DNA of 64,000 nucleotides from an uncultured Actinomycetota bacterium (lineage in GTDB: Bacteria > Actinomycetota > Actinomycetes > Actinomycetales > Microbacteriaceae). Positions 55,005-64,000 of this stretch are shown piece after piece. The DNA is taken from contig CAWILI010000008.1 in the NCBI GenBank assembly GCA_963836825.1, forward strand, positions 80,235 through 144,234. The letters run 5' to 3'. Numbering within the stretch: position 1 is the first letter of the stretch; the number at the start of each line of letters is the position of its first letter. The notes below the pieces were generated by a model, which was not told the DNA's origin, made no database searches, and saw only the letters and a program-made list of their open reading frames with translations. The translations under genes were made by a program, and so were the position numbers.

Positions 55005-55927
55005 TCATCCCTTCACGCTGGAGCCGAGGTCGGTCGAGACGAAGTACCGCTGGAAGAACAGGAACAGCACGATCGCCGGGATGGCGAGCACCACGGCGCC
55101 GGCCATCATCGCCCCGAACGGGTTCGGGACCGACGCGGCGATGTTCGAGATGAAGTTGGCGAGCGACACCGCGAGCGGCTGCAGCGCCGCCTCCTTCGTG
55201 ATCAGGAACGGCCACAGGAACTCGTTCCACGGGCCGATGAACGTGAGGATGATCGTCGTGAGCACCGCCGGACGCACGAGCGGCAGGGCCACGCTCCACA
55301 GCACGCGCAGCTCGCCCGCGCCGTCGATGCGGGCGGCCTCCCAGAGCTCCTTCGGCAGCTGCACGAAGTACTGGCGGAAGATGATCACGGCCGTCGAGTT
55401 GATGAAGAACGGCAGGATCATCCCGAGTACGTGTCGGCGAGCCCGAAGTCGCGGGCGATCATCACGTAGAGCGGGATCATGAGGAGCTGGAACGGCACGA
55501 CCTGCACGAGCAGGGCGAGCGCGAAGACGACCCCGCGCCCGCGCCAGTGCAGGATCGCGAGGGCGTAGCCGGCGAGCACGCCGAAGACGATCGTGCCGAG
55601 GAGCACGCCGCCCGCGAAGATGCCCGAGTTGAGCGAGCCCCTGCAGCCAGGTTGATGCGCTCGTTGATGGCGACGTAGTTGTCGACCGTGAGGTTCGCCG
55701 GGTTGGGGAACGCGCCCGCCACCGAGGGGTCGACCTTCGTCTGCAGCGAGCCGACGACCATGTAGTAGAAGGGGAAGAGGAACACGAAGGCGCCGAGCGC
55801 GAGCACGACGTAGAGCAGCGCCTTGCGCCCGCGGCCCGCGGCGTTCGGAGTCCGCGAGCGGCGTGAGGCGCGACGTTCGGTCACCACGGCGACGGTGTCC
55901 GTCGGCACGGGAGATCAGGATGGACAT
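55005..55927 (-). CDS. Carbohydrate ABC permease (MalG-like; indels)
   Basis: FRQYFVQLPKELWEAARIDGA, WNEFLWP and FQRYF. Confidence 0.9.
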
Positions 55928-56879
55928 CAGTCTTCCTTTCCCACGAACGTGCGCTGGATCCAGGCGATCACCAGCACGAGGATGATCAGGATGACGCCGA
56001 TCGCCGCCGCGACATCGGGATTGCCCTGCTCGATGCCCTTCTGGTACATGAGCAGCACGGGCGACGAGGAGGCGCCGTTCGGGCCGCCGCCGCCGGTGAG
56101 GAGGTAGGGCTCGGTGAACAGGTTCGCCCCCGTGATCGTGGCGAGCAGCAGCACGAGGAAGGTCGCCGGCCGGACGCCGGGCACGGTGACCGAGAAGAAC
56201 CTGCGCACGCTGCCGGCCCCGTCGACGGATGCCGCCTCGTAGAGCTCCTTCGAGCACGTTCTGCAGCGCCGCCAGGTAGAGCAGGATGTAGAACGCCATG
56301 CCCTTCCACGTGACGAAGAGCGCGATCGTCGGCATGGCGAGCGCCGAGTTGACGAGCCACGACGGATCGGGCGCGAGCGGGCCGAGCACCTGGTTCACGA
56401 GCCCGTCGCGGCTGAAGAGGAACAGCCAGACGGCCACGACGGCCACCGACGCGGTGACGTACGGCACGTAGTAGCTCACGCGGAAGAAGATGCCGGCGTG
56501 GATGATCGTGTTCAGCCCGTAGGCGAGCAGCAGCGAGAGCACCACCGTGAGCGGCACGTTGATCAGCAGGAAGATGCCGACATTGCCGAACGACTGCCAG
56601 ACCTTCGGGTCCTGCGAGCACCGCGATGTAGTTGTCGAAGCCGACGAACGGACGATCGACGACGGCGCCGGGCGCCGCGAAGAAGTAGTCCTGGAACGAC
56701 ATCCACACCGCGAAGACGATCGGGTACGCGAAGACGACGAGCACGAAGATGAGGTACGGCGCGCTGAACAGGAGTCCGAGCGGGTTCTCGCCGAGCCACC
56801 GGCGTCGCCGCTTCGGCGGCGGTTCGCCCGCCGCCCCGGCGCGCGTCGTCACGCCGGGTGCGGCTCCGACCGTGGTCAT
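55927..56879 (-). CDS. Carbohydrate ABC permease (MalF-like; indels)
   Basis: FVGFDNY, YYVPYV, ELYEAASVDGA loop and LLTGGGGP. Confidence 0.9.
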
Positions 56880-56890
56880 CTGGGGCCTCC

Positions 56891-58176
56891 TCAGTCCTCG
56901 GCGGCGAGCGAGTCGGCCTTGTCGGCCGCATCCTCGAGGAAGGTCGAGACCTCCTCCTCGCCGAAGATCACGGCCTTGGAGTAGCCGTCACGGAACTCCT
57001 GCCAGATCTCGACCGAGTTCGGCACGTTCGGCACCTCGACGGTGCGGGAGGTCTGGTCGCCGAACTGCTCATAGGCCGGGTTCGCCTCGAAGTAGTCGGG
57101 GTAGGTGCCCGTGAGGTCCTGGCGCAGCGGCATCTGGCCGGTCGCCTCGAGCCAGGCGCCGTCCTGCTCCTCGCTCGTCGAGAACTTCAGCACGTCCCAG
57201 GCCGTGGCCTGGTTGTCGCACGCCGTGAACATGCCGATGTTCTTCGCGTCGCTGAAGGTGTACACCTCCGACGGGTCCATGCCGTCCTGCGTCGGCACCG
57301 GCACCGAGCCCCAGTTGACGCTGTCGCCGTAGACCGCGATCGCCCACGGCCCCACGATCGACATCGCCGACTGCTGGTCGGCGAACGCGTCGCCGTTGTA
57401 GGCCTCGTTGCCCGCGAGGCCCTCGGCGTAGATCGTCGCCCAGAAGTCGGCGACCGCCTCGCCGTTCTCGTCGTTGAACGTGGCCGTGCCGTCCTCGAGC
57501 AGCTGCGTGCCGCCCGACTGCGCCGCGTAGAGCGGGTAGAAGTCGAACCAGCTCTGGAAGAACTCGCTGGTCGGCGCGGGCCAGATCGCGTACTTCGCGG
57601 CACCGGATCGACACGAGCGTCGCGCGAGGTCTCGAGGAACTCGTCGTACGTGGCCAGCGGCGGGTTCTCGGCGTCGAGGCCGGCCTGCGCGAACATGTCC
57701 TTGTTGTAGAAGATCATCACGGGGTTCGACTTCCACGGCATCTGGTAGAAGTCGCCGTCGCTCGATCGGTACTGGTCGGCGACGTCGCCCGAGCGCCCGG
57801 TGATGTAGTCGTCGCCGTCGTCGAACTGCGACAGGTTCACGAGGCCGCCCTGCTTCTGGAACCCCGGCACGGCGGCCGGTGACGTGTTGTAGACGAGGCA
57901 CGGGGCGTTGCCCGCGGTGATCGCGGCGCCGATGGTCTCCTCGCTCGAGTCGCCGGCAGGGATCTCCTGCGCCTTGATCTGCTCGTCGGGGTGGTCGGCG
58001 TTCCACGCCTCGACCATCTGCTTGCCCCACTCGATCTCGGCCTCGTTGTTCGAGTACCAGATCGTGATGTCGCCGCGGCTCTCGCTGCCTCCGTCGTCGC
58101 CGCCGGCACTGCAGGCGGAGAGCGCGAGGAGGCCGATCGCCCCGAGCGCGGTCGTCGTGATGATGCGTCGTCGCAT
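56891..58176 (-). CDS. Sugar ABC substrate-binding lipoprotein (indel near 57615)
   Basis: LSAC lipobox; ITIWYS, YQMPW..MIFYNKDMF, AMSIVGPW and AWDVLKF. Confidence 0.92.
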
Positions 58177-58218
58177 GATCGTTCCTTTCCGGGTGCGGCG
58201 GGTCGCCGCGTTGTGCTG

Positions 58219-59290
58219 TCAGTTCGGTGGTGCGGCCGTCGACTCCCTGACCACGAGTCGCGGTGCGTCGAGCTCGACGTCGGCGGGCGTGTCGGCCCGC
58301 GATCGATGCGAGCAGCGTTCGGGCCGCGAGCGCGCCCCAGGTCGCGGCATCCGTCGCCACCGAGGTGAGCGACGGGAAGACGTGGTCGGCGAGCTCGGTG
58401 TTGTCGAAGCCGGTGATCGACAGATCGTCGGGCACGGCGATGCCCGCACGGCGCGCGACCGCCAGCCCGGCGATCGCCATGTGGTCGTTGGAGTAGACGA
58501 TCGCGGTGGGCCGATCGGGGCGTCCGAGGAGCTCGCGCGTGGCACGAGCGCCGTCGCTCGCGCTGAAGTCGGTCGACACGACGATGGGGTCGTCGAGCCC
58601 GGCGTCGCGCATCGCGGCCTCGAACGCGATCGCGCGGCGGTGGCCGTGGAGCATGGCCGACGGGCCCGCCACGTGCGCGATGCGACGGTGCCCGAGGGAG
58701 ACGAGGTGCTCGACCGCCGTGCGGATGCCCGCACCGTCGTCGACCGACACGGCCGGGAACGGGGAGAGCCGGTCGGGGCGCCCGAGGGTCACGGCGGCGA
58801 GGCCGAGCTCCGCGACGAGCGGGATGCGCTCGTCGCCGGACCTGAGGTCGGTGAGGATGACGCCGTCGACGCGCTTGTCGGCGGCGAGCCCGCGATAGGT
58901 CTCGGCCTCGGCGCGGCCGGGGGTCGCCGCCGCGAGCACGAGCACCTGTCCCGACATCGAGAACTCGCTCTCGACGCCGGCGATGAAGGCGTGGAAGAAG
59001 GGGTCGGCGGCGATCACGTCGGGACTGCGCCCGATCACGAGGCCGAGCGCGAACGAGCGATCGACGCTGAGCGAGCGCGCCCGTACGCTCGGGCGCCAGC
59101 CGAGCTCCTCGGCCACCGCGAGGATGCGATCGCGCGTGTCGGCGCTCACGCCGGGCCGGTCGTTGAGCGCGAAGGAGACGAGGCCCTTGCTGACCCCCGC
59201 CTGCGCCGCGACGTCGGCGATCGTCGGTCGTCCGGCCTGGGCGGCGTTCGCCGTGCCCGCGCCGTCGGATCGCTCCATCGCGTCGACCAT
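58219..59290 (-). CDS. LacI family regulator (indel near 58300)
   Basis: PTIADVAAQAGVSKGLVSFALN, LGHRRIAHV, PTAIVYSND and VPDDLSITGFD. Confidence 0.94.
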
Positions 59291-59318
59291 GTCCCTCCGC
59301 CCTGAGGTGGATCCGGTT

Positions 59319-59334
59319 CCTAAACCGGTTTAGG
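59319..59334. promoter_or_regulatory. LacI-type operator
   Basis: Perfect 16-bp palindrome CCTAAACCGGTTTAGG with central CG, about 30 bp upstream of the lacI-family start. Confidence 0.85.
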
Positions 59335-59521
59335 GCGAAAATACGCTCGCGAACGCACAAGCCACAAAGGGGTTGACGCGGGCCCCGCGAATTGCTAAAG
59401 GCGAGCCCCGCGAGTTGCTGGCGGCGGCGCCGTCACGTCGCGGGTCGCCCACGCCCGCCAGTGACGGTGGCACGTCGTCTCGGCGGCTCGTACGCGCCGA
59501 TCGCCCGACGACGCCTGAGCC

Positions 59522-59950
59522 TCAGTCGTCGTCGTTGCCGCTCGCCCTTGTCCTTCTTGCCCTTGTCGCTTGCCCGTTGCCGCTGTTGCCGGGGCCGCTG
59601 TTGTCGTCGTCGTCGCCGGTGTCGGCCTCGGTCGGCGTGGGAGTCGGCGTCGGGGTCGGCGTGGCCGCAGCGGTGAGATCGGCGCGCACCAGTTCGATCG
59701 CCGCGCGGATCTCGGCCTCGCGGGCGTCGTCGAGCTCGCCTTCGGCGACCGCGGCGTCGACCGCGCGCTCGAGCAGCAGCAGCTCGGCCATCGCCCCGGT
59801 GAAGTCCTCGACGCTCGCGCGCTGGGCGATCTGCACGACCGAGGCGTGCAGGTCTTCCGCCGGCGAGGGCTGCGCCGCGCAGCCGCCCAGGCCGAGCGCG
59901 AGCGCGGCCGACACGGCCGCAGCTGCCAGGGTGATTCGACGTCGCATCAC
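59522..59950 (-). CDS. Small lipoprotein with PT repeats and a G/N/D-rich tail
   Basis: LGGC lipobox; ATPTPTPTPTPT; translationally coupled to the kinase gene. Confidence 0.7.
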   Translation of the reverse strand: MMRRRITLAAAAVSAALALGLGGCAAQPSPAEDLHASVVQIAQRASVEDFTGAMAELLLLERAVDAAVAEGELDDAREAEIRAAIELVRADLTAAATPTPTPTPTPTEADTGDDDDNSGPGNSGNGQATRARRTRASGNDDD

Positions 59951-61288
59951 GGGGTCACCGCCTCATCGAGTTGTTGCAGGTGCTCGCCGAGCTGGCCGAG
60001 CTCCGCGGGAAGCGTGGGCAGGGGTTCGGGCGCCGTCGGGCTCGGGGGTCAGCCCGGCGATGAGCCCGGGAAGGAGCAGCACGCCGGCGATCACGACGGC
60101 CGCGACGATGACGAGGGTCGCGACGAGCGGCCCTCGGCTTCGCCGGCGTCGACGCCGGCTCGGCTTCGGCGACGCCGTGCGACGCAGCAGCAGCGTCGGG
60201 TGCCGTCATGACCCGGGTTCGGCGGTCGGGATCGGCTCGGGTGTCGTCTGAGCGGTGGCGAACGCGGCGGCCGATGCGGGCGTCGTGCAGCCGCCGGGTC
60301 GGCGCCGTGCCGTCGTCGGGCGCGTCCACGGCGACCGTGGCGGCGTCGGCGATCTCGGCGTCGGCGAGTCGGCAGCCGTCATGCCCGCCTGCGCCGCTCG
60401 AGCCGCTCGCCGCGCCCGCGAAGGGTGCGGATGACCCGTGGTCGAGCTTCGCGGCAGCGACCGCGACCTCGAGCGCCGTCGGCCGCGCAGCGGGGTCGCG
60501 CGCGGTCATCGCGCGCAGCAGGTCGACCCACCCGCGCCCGAGCGAGTCGGGAACGTCGGGGTCGCGCACCAGGCGCGCACTCGTCGCCTCTCCGGCGGAC
60601 CCCGGGAACGCGGGCCGGCCCGTGCGGGCCTCGAGCACGACCAGTAGCCGAGTGCGTAGACGTCGGTCGCGCTGCCCGCGGCCTCGCCGCTCACCTGCTC
60701 GGGGCTGAGGAAGCCGGGCGTTCCGATGAGCAGGCCCGTGCGGGTGATGCGCGTGTCGTCGATGAGTCGCGCGATGCCGAAGTCGGCGAGCTTCGCGTTC
60801 CAGGTGCGCGTGGGCAGGTGCGCCGGCTCGAGCAGCACGTTCGCGGGCTTCACGTCGCGGTGCACGATGCCGCGCGCGTGGATCACGTGCAGCGCCTCAC
60901 CGATGTCGGCCGCGATGCCGGCGGCGTCGGCGGCGCCGAGCGGGCCCGATCGCAGGGTCTCGCGCAGGTCGCGACCGTCGACGAGTTCCATGACGAGGTA
61001 CTCGCGGCCGGTCGGGTCGTCGTGGGCGGCGTCGTAGAGCCGCACGAGCGCGCGGTGCTCGACGCTCGCGAGCAGCGCCACCTCTGATCGGCGCCGGGCG
61101 ACGTCGTCGATGCCCTCGGCCGTCTCGGCGAACACCTTCACGGCGACGGCACGCCCGAGCGCGGTGTCGGTGCCGCGGTACACCGACGCCATGCCGCCGC
61201 GGCCGATGAGGCCGTCGATGCGGTAGCGGCCACCGAACACGACACCGGTGAAGGCGTCGACGGTCGCAGGCTCAGGAGTGGTCGTCAC
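59947..61288 (-). CDS. Membrane Hanks-type Ser/Thr protein kinase (indels)
   Basis: IGRGGMASVY, VAVK, VHRDVKPAN, KLADFGIA, GTPGFLSPEQ, TDVYALG; C-terminal TM segment. Confidence 0.92.
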
Positions 61289-61327
61289 CCTTTCGAGGGT
61301 AGCCCGATCGGATGAACGACCGCCGCG

Positions 61328-62171
61328 TCACCCGAAGATCATCGGCAGGTCGGCGTCGTCGTCGCCGAGGGCGAGGTCGACGAGCACCGGCACGTGATCG
61401 CTCGGCGCGACGCCCTTGCGCTCGTTGCGGTGGATCGACGCGTCGGTCACCGCGTCGGCGAACGCCGTGGAGCCGAGGATGAAGTCGATGCGCATGCCCT
61501 CGTTGCGCGGGAACCGCAGCTGCTTGTAGTCCCAGTAGGTGAACAGGCCCTCGGGCACCCGGGCGCGGGCGACGTCGGTGACGCCGGCCTGCTCGAGCGC
61601 GAAGAACGCCTCGCGCTCAGCGGGCGAGACGTGGGTCGTCTGCCCGACGATGACGGTCGGGTCGCCGTTGTCGACGTCGAACGGGGCGATGTTGAAATCG
61701 CCCATGAGGGCGAACGGCACGTCGGGGTGAGCGGATGTCTCGGCTCGCGTGTACTCGGTGAGCGCGGCGAGCCAGTCGAGCTTGTAGGTGTAGTGCGGGT
61801 CGCCGAGCGATCGGCCGTTGGGCACGTAGAGGCTCCACAGCCGTACGCCGTCGACGGTGGCGCCCATCGCGCGCGCCTCTGTGGGCAGGTCGGGGCCCTC
61901 GTGCCCCTTCAGGAACCCCGGCATGCCGGGGAACGTCGGTCTCGACGTCGTGTATGGGTGCACGGCTCGCGATGGCCACGCCGTTCCACTGGCTGAACCC
62001 GTGGATGGCGAGCTCGTAGCCGGCCGCCTCGAACGCCTCGGCGGGAAACTGCTCGGGCTTGCACTTGATCTCCTGCATGGCCAGCACGTCGACGTCTTCA
62101 CGCACCATCCAGTCGACGACGCGGTCGACGCGGGTGCGAATCGAGTTGACGTTCCAGGTGGCGATGCGCAT
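61328..62171 (-). CDS. xth: Exodeoxyribonuclease III (indel near 61940)
   Basis: MRIATWNVNSIR, QEIK, YVPNG, GDFNIAP, GMRIDFIL and PSDHVPV. Confidence 0.95.
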
Positions 62172-62272
62172 GGTTCAAGCGTATGGCAGCCCTCCGACAG
62201 CAACGGGCGCCGCACGACCTCGCGGATGCCCGTGCGGCGCCCGCGAGGCATCAGCCATGGAACGTGCTCGGA

Positions 62273-63848
62273 TCAGCAGCGCTTGAACGGCTTGCCGTCG
62301 AACGAGAGCTGCGAGAAGTAGCCGAGCAGGTACGTCTCGTACACGTCGAGGGCCGTCGATGTGCTGCTGCGACGGCGCGGGCGATGCAGGTCGGCGGCAC
62401 GACGTGCATCGGCCCACTGTAGTCGGCCCCACGGCCAGCGCCGCACCCGAGAGCGCGTCGGGGAACTTCGTGCCGTTGGTCAGGAAGGCGTACACCGACG
62501 TGGACGTGGCCGTCCGGCGCGTCCCAGACGAACGTGTTGATGGCGAGCGAGGTGCCGTAGCGGTTGGCGCCCCGCAGCGCGGCATCGTTGCCGATGACAG
62601 GACTTCCAGAGTTGGTTCGATCGATCCCCGTCGATGACCACGCCGGTACCGCCGGCGATCGCGACGACCGCAGGGTTGCGTGCGGCGATGCGTGGCCATG
62701 CGTCGCCGCGTCGAGCGACGACGCGGTGCCAGGAACGATCAGGACCGGGCTCGCCGTAGGCGGCCGCGGCATTGCTCGCCGCCAGCGCATCGGGGAAGTT
62801 CGCGCCGGTCGCGACCCAGACGAACTCGCGACGTTTCGAACGCGTCGCCGACGATCGCGCGCGAGGTCGTCGTAGCGGTCGGCTCCGGCGAGCCGCGAGA
62901 CGGCCGCACCCGGGACGAGCTGCGACAGCTTCGTCTGCACCGCGTTCGAGACGGCGCCGGTACCGCCGGCGATGACGATGCTCGACCGGGTTCAGGCGGG
63001 CGAGCTGCGTCGGCGATCGACCGCCGGGATCGCGGTCGGCTCGACGAGCAGGAGCGGCCCGCCGCAGGTCGCGGCGGCGGGGGCGGCGCTGAGTGCGTCG
63101 GGGAAGTTCGCACCGGAGGCGATGTAGACGCAATCGACATTCGGGGGCGAACTCGGCCGAGATCGCGGCAGAGGTCGCGTAACGCGACGCGCCCGCGATG
63201 TAGCCGCTGAGGATCGGCTCGAGCATCTCGTCGATCGAGGGCGTGTCCTGACCGTCGGTGACGCTGAACCGCCGTCCGCCTGCGACGCGTACGCGGCGTT
63301 CGGGTAGAAGTCGGGCAGCAGCTTCGAGCCCGAAGCGGTGTGCTTGACGAGCACGACATACGAGCCGGTGCTGAGCCCGGTGAGCGTGTAGGAGCCGTCG
63401 GCACCGCTTGTCGCGGTTGCGAGGGCTGGCGACAGAACGTCGGTGGGCCCGTCGTACGTGTGTGCCGTCACGGTGGCGCCGCTCGAGCGGAACGTCCGCC
63501 TGGTAGTCGATGAGTTTCGTGATCGTGCCCGAGATCGAGCCCGTGCCCGCCGTGATCCGCGCGACGGCGTCGTCGCCGATCTCTGCGGCGGCGTCGGCGG
63601 CCGACATCCCGAGGCTCCTGTTCCGGGGCGTCGTCGGGTCGGCGGCGGTGCCCGCCCGCTGTTCTGCGGAGGGCTGCGCGGCCGCCGCGGGGACGTGGCG
63701 CGATTCGACGGGGATGGTGGCAGAGGCGGGCGGGGGTTCGTCGGCGAATGCCGGTGGTGGTGCCGGCGAACGAGCAGAGCGCGCAGAGCGGCGAGCGCGG
63801 CGGAAGCCGCAACGCGCCAGCGGCGCGCCGTGAGGGGGTTCGGGTCAT
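62273..63848 (-). CDS. Secreted cell-wall-binding repeat 2 (CWB2) protein with an Ig/carboxypeptidase-regulatory-like domain (many indels)
   Basis: Three G.xRY.T / FPDAL units (ASGANFPDALSAAP, ATGANFPDALAAS, TNGTKFPDALSG); GSISGTI..TSGADGSYTLTGL..GSY domain. Confidence 0.82.
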
Positions 63849-64000
63849 TGAGTTGTCCTTCGTAGGGGTTCGGGCGCCGATTCAGACGCACATAGGCGGC
63901 ATCGTAAGGACTCCCGAACCCCCGGCGCCACCCCCCGAACGGGAACCGTTTCCGAATCGATGCGCAGCTGCGGGAGGTGCGACCGAGCGGTGGCACCTCA

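Noticed and set aside
59625-59670. Hexamer tandem repeats
   Set aside because: Explained by the Pro-Thr linker of the lipoprotein
63860-64000. c-di-AMP (ydaO) riboswitch upstream of the cell-wall protein
   Set aside because: CTGAATC and CCCGAACCC fragments are reminiscent, but their order and the CAGCTAAC/GGGGA elements do not fit

Overview
Very GC-rich chromosomal DNA from an actinobacterium. Gene content and style suggest Microbacteriaceae, possibly Agromyces-like; this is an inference. About half of the ~58 genes are split by single-base indels. I read these as uncorrected long-read errors, so gene bounds were rebuilt across frames and are approximate. Contents in order: a complete pobA-pcaHGBL-pcaIJF 4-hydroxybenzoate/beta-ketoadipate operon; an adjacent orphan aromatic-catabolism module (SDR, two FAA hydrolases, cyclase, FAD monooxygenase, amidohydrolase, MFS) with a NodD-like LysR and nod-box-geometry sites; a two-component system; SulP; an ANT(9)-like adenylyltransferase; an organosulfur locus (two DszC/SfnB-like enzymes, a DszA/NtaA-like enzyme, an APC permease); DUF6421-SDR; AlkD; TetR-MFS; ssuBAC-acs; DUF998/YciI/ECF42 with twin divergent promoters; a LacI-regulated sugar ABC plus GH130 plus unknown secreted enzyme; a Ser/Thr kinase; xth; and a CWB2-repeat surface protein. 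No tRNA, rRNA, CRISPR array, transposase or prophage was seen. Best leads: (1) the NodD/FdeR-like regulon beside pob-pca, a candidate flavonoid or plant-phenolic catabolic system with no visible ring-cleavage enzyme of its own; (2) an iterated CGGATGCC/GGCATCCG motif throughout the window; (3) a secreted putative (alpha/alpha)6 enzyme in the GH130 operon; (4) back-to-back ECF42-type promoters; (5) a possible two-state leader on the CWB2 gene.
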